Source: Gemmatimonadota bacterium
Lineage (GTDB): Bacteria > Gemmatimonadota > Gemmatimonadetes > Gemmatimonadales > GWC2-71-9
Assembly (NCBI GenBank): GCA_039589275.1
Contig: JBDHHP010000070.1
Span: 1-19,328, forward strand
Length of the DNA stretch: 19,328 nt
Direction: 5' to 3'
A model generated the notes under the pieces. That model did no database searches, was not told where the DNA came from, and saw only the letters and a program-made list of their open reading frames with translations. Position numbers and translations under genes: made by a program. Of this stretch, positions 1-8,891 are shown one piece after another; positions within the stretch are counted from its first letter, which is position 1, and the number at the start of each line of letters is the position of its first letter.

Positions 1-103
1 TTGAATAGACTGATCTCGAGTATGGGCCCAGACTTGTAGCGCCGCAACAGACAGTTGCGTGACGGGGCCCGCCAAAGGCCATGCCGTTTCCCGCGATCAA
101 GTG

Positions 104-208
104 TGTCTCTCTTGCCTTCCGCAGCCGTCGAGAGGCCGCACAGACATCTAGCTACTCCCTGACCCTCTCGAGGCCCGGGGAAGCCCAGGAGAAGGCCCAC
201 GGAGACCA
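104..208. repeat. Degenerate copy of recurrent non-coding leader repeat family (copy 1)
   Basis: ctcttgccttccgcag...ctagctactccctgaccctctcgaggccc.gggaagcc...ggagacc resembles 361-460, 4231-4330 and 7517-7620. Confidence 0.6.
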
Positions 209-360
209 ACTCTCTCAGCTCCCGAACCTGTCGTCTGGCCGTCCCAACCGCAGGCCGCACTGGGGTGTACCGAGGACTACGAATCCTCTGACCGTATCGG
301 GAGGCCCGTCACGACGCGGCTCTCGGTGCCATGTGCTTCGCATGTGCTTCGGTGCGGCTT

Positions 361-460
361 TCTCTCTTGCCCTCCGTGAGTCTCGCCCCGCCGGATAGCT
401 ATCTCAATACTCCCTGACCCTATCAAGGCCAAGGGAAGGCAAAGGAAGGGCTAAGGAGAC
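361..460. repeat. Recurrent non-coding leader repeat family (copy 2)
   Basis: tctcttgccctccgtgagtctc...tagctatctcaatactccctgaccctatcaaggccaagggaaggcaa is near-identical in blocks to 4237-4322 and 7520-7602. Confidence 0.75.
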
Positions 461-672
461 CTGCTCGCTACTGAACCTCATGCCGACTCTTGCGGATTCG
501 AGTGCCGAGACACATATAATGTGACAACCTCATGTCAATATAGGATATCATAACCTGATCAAGTAGTGAACCCGTCAAGTACATGGGTCCTGACTCATGG
601 AGACCGCTAAGGAATGGATCCTGTGATCTTCGCTGGCGATAACAAGCATCAACACCCAATTAGGAGGGGCCA

Positions 673-1611
673 ATGGGTTTGAAGCGAGCAGTTGGACTGT
701 TCTGCGCCGCGTGCTTCACGGTGCTGCTGATGACTGCCTGCCAGGGCGCGGACGGCATCAACGGAACCGACGGCATGGATGGCCAGGACGGAATGAACGG
801 ACAGGATGGTCAGGACGGCGTGGACTTTCCAGGTCCGATTCCCGCAGAATACACCGCTGCGGACGGCATCCTCGGTGGTGCCGCGTACTCAAAGTGGTGG
901 ACAACGGATGCGGGAGGCAGCGGCACGCAGCCGACAACGACCGCCGAGGCCGATTTCTATCGCTGCAAGGCGTGTCATGCGTGGGATGGCATGGGCAGCG
1001 CTGCTTCGTATGCCAATCGGACCGGCCAGAGCACGCTGAGAGCCTCCCGTCCCGACGTAGCGTCGGTCAATCTGCGGAGCACTCCCGCGAACCAAACGTA
1101 TCTGGGGCTGTTTGACCTGGTCATGCATGTCGGCGCGCGTGACATAGATGCCCGGGACAATACACATCCGGACTACTCTCCATACCTCACGACCGAACAA
1201 GCGTGGAACCTTGTGAAATTCATGCGCGAGGAGTGGGTCGCTCCCAACCTGCTGTACGACATTGAGGTGACCGGTCCGGCCATGTACGTCGACTACACGG
1301 CCGATCCCGATACGGTGGTAGCACCGACGGTCACCTACAGCAATGTCGGAGCGCTCGGGGACGAAGCCAACGGCCAGACGCTGTATACGAGCCTCTGCGA
1401 AACATGCCATGGAGCCGACGGCACGGATGAGGACCTGGGTGGCAGGAGTCTCGGCCAGTTCGTGCGCGAAAAGCCAAACGAGGCTTGGTTCAAGGCGAAG
1501 TTCGGTGAACCCGGGACGGGCATGGCACCTGGCCTCGTGACCGAGCTGTCTGATCTGCAAGACCTGTATGCGGCGTTGGCAAATGCTGCGAACTTCCCCG
1601 ACCTCCCTTAA
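673..1611 (+). CDS. c-type cytochrome-like lipoprotein with collagen-like Gly-rich linker
   Basis: ATG preceded by AGGAGG. N-terminal hydrophobic segment ends ..LLMTAC (lipobox-like), followed by GADGINGTDGMDGQDGMNGQDGQDG. Two CxxCH haem motifs (CKACH, CETCH). Confidence 0.85.
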   Translation: MGLKRAVGLFCAACFTVLLMTACQGADGINGTDGMDGQDGMNGQDGQDGVDFPGPIPAEYTAADGILGGAAYSKWWTTDAGGSGTQPTTTAEADFYRCKACHAWDGMGSAASYANRTGQSTLRASRPDVASVNLRSTPANQTYLGLFDLVMHVGARDIDARDNTHPDYSPYLTTEQAWNLVKFMREEWVAPNLLYDIEVTGPAMYVDYTADPDTVVAPTVTYSNVGALGDEANGQTLYTSLCETCHGADGTDEDLGGRSLGQFVREKPNEAWFKAKFGEPGTGMAPGLVTELSDLQDLYAALANAANFPDLP

Positions 1612-1734
1612 CACCAACACGGGCACGTTCGCTGCAAATACGGAACCACTAGGCTGGCCCGGCAGTAGATCAGAGGCTGCCGGGCCAGCACGGTTCCGTA
1701 TACAGAGTGGTAGTGCCAGTCTTCATCTGTTCCT

Positions 1735-1911
1735 GACCTCGGCCCCGGCTACGAGCTGTTCCGGACTCGATGATGCCCACCGGGTAGCCGTCGCCCATAG
1801 AAGGACCCGTCCCAAGAGCTGCAGGAGTCCCTGGTCCCGATCGTCTTCGACTCCGGCCGACCCGAACTGCGGCCCGTAGTGTAGGCTCGGGACCACCGGA
1901 GAGCCTGTCGC
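1735..1911. repeat. 3' half of the leader repeat family, immediately upstream of kinase 1
   Basis: ggagtccctg.tcccgatcgtc..cgactc.ggc.gac...gcggc.cgtagt.taggc.cgggaccac..gagagcctg.cg.atg is shared with 4410-4499. Confidence 0.7.
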
Positions 1912-4227
1912 ATGTCGGATACCCTGGAGCGCCTCAAGTTGGCCCTCGCCGACCGCTACGCTGTCGAGCGCGAGATCGGCGCAGGCGGCATGGCGACGGT
2001 GTACCTCGCCGAAGACATCAAGCACCACCGCAAAGTGGCGGTGAAAGTGCTGCGGCCCGAACTCGCCGCTACACTGGGACCAGAGCGCTTTGTCCGCGAG
2101 ATCGAGATCGCCGCGCAACTCGCGCATCCCCACATCCTGCCGTTGTACGACTCCGGTGAAGCCGATGGGGTCCTCTACTACGTCATGCCATATGTGGAGG
2201 GCGAGTCGTTGCGCGAGCAGCTGGATCGCGAGGGGAAGCTCTCGGTGGAGGAGGTGGTTCGCCTTACCGATCAGATCGCGGCTGCGCTTTCCTACGCGCA
2301 TGAGCGTGGCATCGTCCATCGCGACGTCAAGCCGGAGAACGTCATGCTCACGGGCGGCCGGGCGGTGGTGGCTGACTTCGGGATTGCGCGTGCGGTGACT
2401 GTCGCGGGTGGAGAGCGGCTCACGGGGACCGGGTTCGCGGTGGGTACGCCCGCTTACATGAGTCCGGAGCAGGCGATGGGGCAGGATGACGTGGACGCCC
2501 GGAGCGACGTGTACGCGTTGGGATGCGTCGTCTACGAGATGGTGGCGGGGCGTGTGCCATTCGAGGGGAAGACACCCCAGGAGCTGTTGGCCAAGCACGC
2601 GGTGGACACGGTGCCTGGTCTCCGGCGCAGTGATGCCACAATCCCCGTCTTCGTCGAGCGGGCGGTAGAGCGGGCCATGGCCAAGAATCCTGACGAGCGC
2701 TTTCCGTCCGCAAGGGAGTTAGCGGAGGCGTTGACGTCGGAAACCGTGGTGGCGCGCGTTGGCAGACGAAGTTGGCGCATAAGAGCGACTGTCGCTGCAG
2801 TAGTCAGCCTCATGCTCCTGGCCGCGTGGGGGCTGCCAACGGTGTTCGGCGGTCCTGCATATGAACGCTTGGCCGTGTTGCCCCCGGTCAACCTCATGAA
2901 CGATCCAGAGCAAGAGTACTTCGTCCAGGGGATGCATAATGCGCTGATCTCGGAACTCCAGCGAGCCGGCGTTGCGGTGATCGCGCGCACGTCGGTGCTG
3001 CAATATGAGAACACGCAGAAACCGATCCGCGATATCGCTAGCGAGCTGAGGGTTGACGCCCTGATCGAGCCGTCGGTCTACCGGACCGCAGACAGCGTTC
3101 AGCTCGAGGTCAGGGTGGTGGACGGCAGAACGGAGCAGTACATGGCAGACCCGATCGTCCGTGGCGGTGAGTTCCGCAACGTGGTGGCGCTGTATCGCGA
3201 CGTGACAGGTGCGATTGCTGCTGAGATCCAGCTGGCAATGGCCCCGCAGGCTGAGGCCCGCCTGGCCGGCGGCCGCGCTGTCAATCCCGAATCGTACGAG
3301 GCCTACTTGAAAGGCCGCGAACGGTGGTACCGGGCCACGCCACCAGAGATCGCTATGGCGCAGGACTACTTCGAGCAGGCAATCGAGTTGGACTCGAACA
3401 ACGCATTGGCATTTGTTGGCCTCGCCGACGCCATGGCCCTGCCGGGCCACGTCGGGTGGGTACCAGCACCAGACGCCTTCACTGCAGCGAAGGCGGCACT
3501 GGCAAGAGCGTTCGAACTCGACGAGGAACTCGCGGAAGCGCACGATTTGCGGGCCAGGATACGATTTGCCTTTGATTGGGACTGGTCCAGTGCAGAGGAG
3601 GGATTCCAGCGCGCCTTCGAGCTGAATCCGCACCATCCGGACGCACACGTGGTGTATGCACAACTACTGAGCATCACTGGGCGGCGAGATGAAGCGCTTG
3701 CGGAAGTCCGGCGTGGCTTGGACGTGGATCCGCACAATGCCTTCTTCAAGCAGCAGTTCGCTCAACAGTTGTCGACGATGGGTCGGTATGATGACGCGAT
3801 CGAGCAGCTACAAGAGCTGCTCAAGGCGCAACCCGGCTACCCTCTGGCGCACGACGCGCTGTGGACCGCCTTCTACAAACAGCTAAGGTTTGAGGAGGCT
3901 TTGGACCACGCAATCTCGTCCGTTGCAGACACCGAAGTGGAGGAATCCCTTAGGCGTGGTTACGCAGCGGGCGGTTATGCGGAGGGAATGCGTCGTGCAG
4001 CGGAGACCCTTGTGGCGCGTTCCAAGCACCGGTACGTCGCACCCATACCAATTGCGAGATTCTATGCGCACGCAGGCGAAACCGACATGGCTCTGGAGTG
4101 GCTGGAGCGCGCCATAGATGTGCGCAATACGCAGATCGTGTACACACCGATGAACCCGGACTTCGAGGAGTTGTGGGTTCACCCGCGTTATCAAGAACTG
4201 ATGCGGCGAATAAATCTCTCGCTTTGA
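1912..4227 (+). CDS. Serine/threonine protein kinase (PknB-type) with transmembrane segment and C-terminal TPR-like region
   Basis: Motifs VAVKVLRPELA, HRDVKPENVML, DFGIARAVT, GTPAYMSPEQAMG; TM-like VAAVVSLMLLAAWGL; helical TPR-like C-terminus (ALAFVGLADAM, LDPHNAFFKQQFAQQLSTMGRYDDAI). Confidence 0.95.
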   Translation: MSDTLERLKLALADRYAVEREIGAGGMATVYLAEDIKHHRKVAVKVLRPELAATLGPERFVREIEIAAQLAHPHILPLYDSGEADGVLYYVMPYVEGESLREQLDREGKLSVEEVVRLTDQIAAALSYAHERGIVHRDVKPENVMLTGGRAVVADFGIARAVTVAGGERLTGTGFAVGTPAYMSPEQAMGQDDVDARSDVYALGCVVYEMVAGRVPFEGKTPQELLAKHAVDTVPGLRRSDATIPVFVERAVERAMAKNPDERFPSARELAEALTSETVVARVGRRSWRIRATVAAVVSLMLLAAWGLPTVFGGPAYERLAVLPPVNLMNDPEQEYFVQGMHNALISELQRAGVAVIARTSVLQYENTQKPIRDIASELRVDALIEPSVYRTADSVQLEVRVVDGRTEQYMADPIVRGGEFRNVVALYRDVTGAIAAEIQLAMAPQAEARLAGGRAVNPESYEAYLKGRERWYRATPPEIAMAQDYFEQAIELDSNNALAFVGLADAMALPGHVGWVPAPDAFTAAKAALARAFELDEELAEAHDLRARIRFAFDWDWSSAEEGFQRAFELNPHHPDAHVVYAQLLSITGRRDEALAEVRRGLDVDPHNAFFKQQFAQQLSTMGRYDDAIEQLQELLKAQPGYPLAHDALWTAFYKQLRFEEALDHAISSVADTEVEESLRRGYAAGGYAEGMRRAAETLVARSKHRYVAPIPIARFYAHAGETDMALEWLERAIDVRNTQIVYTPMNPDFEELWVHPRYQELMRRINLSL

Positions 4228-4230
4228 GTT

Positions 4231-4496
4231 GGCGGCTTCCTCCCTTGCCCTCCGTGAGTCTCTCCGGGCCAAGTAGCTATCTCGATATTCCTAGACATTC
4301 TCGAGGCCAAGGGAAGGCAACGGAGAGCGTCTGAGATACACTCGCTCGGGCACTTGATGCCGCACGGCGTTTCGGAGCCCTAACGAGGACCCGCAACCAG
4401 AAAGGACGGGAGTCCCTGCCTCCGATCGTCGCGGACTCTGGCTGACGGCAGCGGCAGCCCGTAGTTTAGGCCCGGGACCACTAGAGAGCCTGCCGT
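4231..4496. repeat. Full-length leader repeat between the two kinase genes
   Basis: Long blockwise identity with 7517-7735 (ccctccgtgagtctctcc; ggccaagggaagccaacggagagcgtc.gagatacactcgctcgg; gaggacccg) and with 1801-1911. Confidence 0.8.
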
Positions 4497-7481
4497 ATGC
4501 CTGACCTGCTGGAGCGTCTCAAAGCTGCGTTGGCTGACCGCTACGCCATCGAGCGGGAACTCGGTAGCGGTGGGATGGCCACGGTGTACCTCGCCGAGGA
4601 CCTGAAGCTGCACCGCAAGGTTGCGGTAAAGGTCCTAAGACCCGAACTCGCTGCTGCGCTTGGGCCTGACCGATTCCTGCAAGAGATCGAGATCGCGGCC
4701 CAACTGCACCATCCCCACATCCTACCGCTACACGACTCGGGTGACGCAGACGGGTTCCTGTATTACGTGATGCCTTATGAGGAGGGGCATTCACTTCGTG
4801 AGAAGTTGGCGCACGAGGGTGAGCTACCCATTGGTGAAGCCGTCAGAATCCTGAGGGACATAGTGGACGCTCTCGATCACGCCCACAAGCACAATGTAGT
4901 TCACAGGGACATCAAGCCGGACAACGTTCTGTTGACGGAGCGCCATGCTCTGGTGACCGACTTCGGCGTTGCCAAGGCCGTGAGCGAAGCCACCGGAAGG
5001 CAGCAGCTCACAACTGAAGGCGTGGCACTCGGCACACCAACCTATATGGCACCGGAGCAAGCCTCGGCCGACCCGCACATCGACCATCGGGTCGATATCT
5101 ACGCCGTCGGTGCCGTCGCATACGAGTTGCTCACCGGCAGACCGCCGTTCACTGGCACAACGCAGCAGGAGATACTGGCAGCACACATGACGCAGGCTCC
5201 GGAGCCCGTGACCAAGTATCGGGAGTCGGTGCCTCCTGCACTTGAGCAATTGGTGATAAGGTGCCTGGAGAAGAAGGCCGCTGATAGGTGGCAGAGTGCT
5301 GAGGAGCTGCTGCCGCAACTGGAAGCACTGACAACGCCGAGCGGCGGCGTAACACCGACTGAGACCAGACCGGTTTCCGCCACGCGCGCTCCTATGAGCC
5401 CGAAGACACGTACGGCCGCAGTAGCTGCTGTGGTTGTGGTCGGCGCAGTTGCTGCCTGGCTCCTACTGCTGCAGCCGTCCGGACCCGCCGCACCGAGACT
5501 CGATCCCAACGCCTTGGCCGTGTTGCCTTTCAGGATCACTGGCGACTCAGGTCTGATATACCTGCGGGAAGGCATGGTCGACGCACTCCACGCCAAGTTC
5601 ACCGGAGAAGGTGGACCGCGCGCAGTGGACCCGAGAACGACGATGAGCGCCTGGCGCGAGACGATTGAGGACGAGTCAGAAGACCTGCCACTCGACGAAT
5701 CGGTGCGGCTTGCGGGCCAACTCGGAGCGGGCCTGGTCCTGCTAGGAGGGATTGTCGAGGCAGGGAACCAGCTCACGTTGAGCGGATCTCTGCATGACGT
5801 TCCTGGTGGGGCAGAATTGGTGCAGGCCTCGGTCGCCGGCGCGGGTGACAGCCTGTCGGCCTTGATGGACCGTTTGGTGGTGCAGCTCCTCAGCCTGGAG
5901 GCGGGGGAGACCGCCGCGAGCGTCCAGACACTGAGCGGTTCGCTCGATGCGGTCCGCGCATATCTGGAAGGCCAGCGGGCCCTGCGCACCGGTTTCCCGC
6001 TGGAAGCTGTAAGGCACTTCGACCGGGCGATCGAGCTGGACTCATCCTTTGCCTTGGCGGCTGTGGGGCTTGCACGAGCCGGGTCGTTTGCGGGCAACAC
6101 CAACACCGACGCTGGGGGCCGGGGTGCGCGGCTCGCGTGGGAGTTGCGCGATCAACTGAGCGGCAGGGACCGTGCCCTGGTTACCGCTTGGCGGGGGCGG
6201 AACACACCTGGTTGGACCTCATGGGTAGATCGCATCCAAGATGCTGAGGTGGCAGTAGAGCTGGCACCCGACGACCCGGTCACCTGGAGCATGCTCGGAG
6301 GGCTACGTTCTCGTCTTGGGATATACCTCGGTGATTCGGCTGAGATCAGACGTGGCCTCGGTGCTCTGGATCGCGCGTTGGAGCTGGATTCGAGTCAGAT
6401 CGACGTGCTTTGGATGAGAGTGGACCGTGCCATGAGGTTGGGCGACACAGCGGTGGTCCGCGGATTGGGGCCGAGGCTCGTGGCAGCCGATTCGGCCACG
6501 GACTCGAGCGCGCTTACGCGATGGCAGATCGGAAGAGCGCTGAGTGATTCGCTAGAGATTGAACGTGCCCGGCAGGAGTTCGGCCGATCCCAACGCGAGG
6601 TCACGATCATAGGGTACCGCACGGCCGATGAGGGCTTACCGTACGACGATTGGGAGCTGTCGCTGGAACGGTTCGAAGCACAGGCCGTGACCGACAGGGC
6701 CCGGCAGCAGGCCATGGAACAGCACCGTAAGTTGGCCGGACTCAAGGGACAGCCCAGCAGGGAGATCGCCCTGGCTGACTCGCTCATTGAGATGGAGTTC
6801 TTCGAATGGTATATGGCCTCGTCTCACATCAGGCAGGCCATTTGGGGACCGGGCTACGACAGCGCCGCTGCGGAAAAGGCGGCTGTCTCCAAGTCATTCG
6901 CGCTGGATTCGAGCTGGACAGGTGTGAGCCAGTACTACGCTCTGTGTCCCTGGGGTGTGTGGGCAGCGTACCGGGGTGACGAGCGTGACGCCCGGGATGC
7001 CGTTGCGCTGATGGCGGAGATCGTAGCAAACGATGGCGCGAACCCCACTTGTCTGTACACCATAGAGGCCGTCCTCGAGACTGCGGGACCGGGTGGCGAG
7101 AGGCCGGCACTGGAACGACTCGATTCACTGATGCAGCTGGACGCGGGCCTCGGGTCATCACGTCTCAGGGGTGGACCAAGTTTCGGGGCGATGGCCAATT
7201 TCGCGGTAGCTCGCCTCCGAGAAGCTCAGGGCGACCTGCCGCGGGCTCTCGCCGCCGTCCGCCGTCGATGGATCGGGACGAACCCGGCCCAGCAGCAGTC
7301 GCTGCCGGCGTTCCTGCGAGAGGAAGGCCGGCTGGCGGCACTAGCCGGTGACACTGCAGGAGCGATCCGCGCCTACCAGCACTACCTTGTCCTGCGCACC
7401 GATCCGGAACCGACGGTACAGCCAGAGGTGGACGAGGTGCGACGAGCCCTAGCTCGGCTAATTGGGGAGCCCGGGCGCTAG
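4497..7481 (+). CDS. Serine/threonine protein kinase (PknB-type) with transmembrane segment and C-terminal TPR-like region (paralogue of upstream gene)
   Basis: VAVKVLRPELAAALGPDRF, HRDIKPDNVLLTERHALVTDFGVAKAVS, GTPTYMAPEQASAD; TM-like AAVAAVVVVGAVAAWLLLL; long helical C-terminus. Confidence 0.95.
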   Translation: MPDLLERLKAALADRYAIERELGSGGMATVYLAEDLKLHRKVAVKVLRPELAAALGPDRFLQEIEIAAQLHHPHILPLHDSGDADGFLYYVMPYEEGHSLREKLAHEGELPIGEAVRILRDIVDALDHAHKHNVVHRDIKPDNVLLTERHALVTDFGVAKAVSEATGRQQLTTEGVALGTPTYMAPEQASADPHIDHRVDIYAVGAVAYELLTGRPPFTGTTQQEILAAHMTQAPEPVTKYRESVPPALEQLVIRCLEKKAADRWQSAEELLPQLEALTTPSGGVTPTETRPVSATRAPMSPKTRTAAVAAVVVVGAVAAWLLLLQPSGPAAPRLDPNALAVLPFRITGDSGLIYLREGMVDALHAKFTGEGGPRAVDPRTTMSAWRETIEDESEDLPLDESVRLAGQLGAGLVLLGGIVEAGNQLTLSGSLHDVPGGAELVQASVAGAGDSLSALMDRLVVQLLSLEAGETAASVQTLSGSLDAVRAYLEGQRALRTGFPLEAVRHFDRAIELDSSFALAAVGLARAGSFAGNTNTDAGGRGARLAWELRDQLSGRDRALVTAWRGRNTPGWTSWVDRIQDAEVAVELAPDDPVTWSMLGGLRSRLGIYLGDSAEIRRGLGALDRALELDSSQIDVLWMRVDRAMRLGDTAVVRGLGPRLVAADSATDSSALTRWQIGRALSDSLEIERARQEFGRSQREVTIIGYRTADEGLPYDDWELSLERFEAQAVTDRARQQAMEQHRKLAGLKGQPSREIALADSLIEMEFFEWYMASSHIRQAIWGPGYDSAAAEKAAVSKSFALDSSWTGVSQYYALCPWGVWAAYRGDERDARDAVALMAEIVANDGANPTCLYTIEAVLETAGPGGERPALERLDSLMQLDAGLGSSRLRGGPSFGAMANFAVARLREAQGDLPRALAAVRRRWIGTNPAQQQSLPAFLREEGRLAALAGDTAGAIRAYQHYLVLRTDPEPTVQPEVDEVRRALARLIGEPGR

Positions 7482-7516
7482 AACAAACCAGGCCACATGA
7501 CCGGCCTCCTCCTACC

Positions 7517-7735
7517 GCGGCTTCCTCCCGTGCCCTCCGTGAGTCTCTCCCCGCGACATAGCTATCTCAATACACCCTGATATTCTTGAGGCCAAGGGAA
7601 GCCAACGGAGAGCGTCGGAGATACACTCGCTCGGCCGCCTGATGCTACCCGGTGTCTCGGAGCCCGAAGAAGGACCCGTCCGACCAGTCGCAGGAGTCCC
7701 TGACCTCCCCTCCGGTTCCGGCTGGATGGGAGGAT
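7517..7735. repeat. Leader repeat family copy downstream of kinase 2, with no kinase gene after it
   Basis: Aligns with 4231-4440 in several long exact blocks; followed by non-coding DNA instead of a kinase start. Confidence 0.75.
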
Positions 7736-8219
7736 ACCGTCGAGGGACTCGAACCCCGACACGCGGATTGTGATTATGGCACGTCGGGCGGACTCATCGT
7801 GACTCATCGTGACAAAACGGGAAGCCATAAGGCGTTATCGGATTGCTGGAACGCAACGTTTTCCCACTGAGTCACACTGAATGACGATCAGTACGGCACA
7901 CTGAAGGCACACTAGCCGAACTGCTCGCGTGAACTGGAAGCCAGAAGGGGAGGCCGGCCTCCCCTTCCCTTCTCTGGTTGACTCCCATCCCTGTCGTCAA
8001 GAACCTGACTCGATATCGAGCCACTGACTCGAACCCCGAACCTACTGATTAAGAGGCGGGCCAAGTCTTACATCATCTCGTTACATCTTGTTGTCAGCCT
8101 GCGAGCTCGTGTCGTCCGTCGTCGTACTTTGCACCCCTCGATGTAAGGCTTTGTAGGATCCAACTAACACAGGAACTGACACACCGCCGAGGCTACACCC
8201 TGTTCGCTTATTCCAATCC

Positions 8220-8882
8220 TCACACCTGCCGCAACACGGGCCCGAACCTATGAGTGTTCAGCATTTGAGCAAGGGTGAACGCGTCTTCTAGCGACAACAC
8301 GAACGTACCAGCATGTCGTTCGGTCCAGGTTCGGCCAGCCTCGGACGAGACCAGGAAGTAAACCTTGTGGCAGAAGCTCTTCATGGTCTCCGGTGCGGAC
8401 TGCTCGATGCGCAGCTCGTCCGGCAGTAAGAACGACACGACTGTCTCTATTGGCTCCACCGCCTCCACCCCACCTGGGGAAACCCGAAGCCGCACAGGTA
8501 AGTCTGTTTCCGGACAGGTCGACTCAACCTGCGCAGTCTTCCCTAGCAGCTCTGGTATGAACAGTGAGTCCCATGCGCACCAAGTGTAGAGCGTCTGACT
8601 GTTCACAATGAACTTGTGCGCCATCTCCACTACAGCCAGCCCGCCGAACCCAATAATCGCCTTCTGCTCGTCGTGGAACATCAGACAGCTCAGGGCGTCG
8701 CTATCGAGTACCTCATTCACTTCGCGGTCTGAAATATCCAAGGCTGACGCCAGTTGTTGGCGGTAAACCGGTGTTCCCTTTGCGAGTTCTCGGTAGAGAC
8801 CGAGTGCAACTGTCTGTTGACCTTCGTTTAGCTGTAGGTCAGCGGCTGAAAGCGGTGCAAAGATCTGTTCTAGATCGGGCAT
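8220..8882 (-). CDS. merB: Organomercurial (alkylmercury) lyase MerB
   Basis: YTWCAWDSLFIPELLGKTAQVESTCPETDLPVRLRVSPGGVEAVEP and SFCHKVYFL...W..RHAGTFVLSLEDAFTLAQMLN match MerB, including the catalytic Cys-Asp (WCAxD) and second catalytic Cys (SFC). AGGAGG upstream of the start. Confidence 0.93.
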   Translation of the reverse strand: MPDLEQIFAPLSAADLQLNEGQQTVALGLYRELAKGTPVYRQQLASALDISDREVNEVLDSDALSCLMFHDEQKAIIGFGGLAVVEMAHKFIVNSQTLYTWCAWDSLFIPELLGKTAQVESTCPETDLPVRLRVSPGGVEAVEPIETVVSFLLPDELRIEQSAPETMKSFCHKVYFLVSSEAGRTWTERHAGTFVLSLEDAFTLAQMLNTHRFGPVLRQV

Positions 8883-8891
8883 ATCTTGTCT

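Noticed and set aside
889-1626. 245-aa minus-strand ORF antisense to the cytochrome gene
   Set aside because: Shadow ORF; the plus strand carries CxxCH motifs, an SD and a lipoprotein signal.
1723-3663. Long minus-strand ORFs (1723-2598, 2719-3663) opposite kinase 1
   Set aside because: High-GC antisense shadows of a clear kinase-TPR gene; no recognisable domains.
4824-6106. Minus-strand ORFs (4824-5318, 5099-6106) opposite kinase 2
   Set aside because: Low-complexity Ser/Arg/Pro-rich antisense translations; the sense strand has unmistakable kinase motifs.
7562-7870. ORFs 7562-7828 (-) and 7652-7870 (+)
   Set aside because: They lie over the non-coding leader repeat and the T-arm-like remnant; no domain, no convincing start context.
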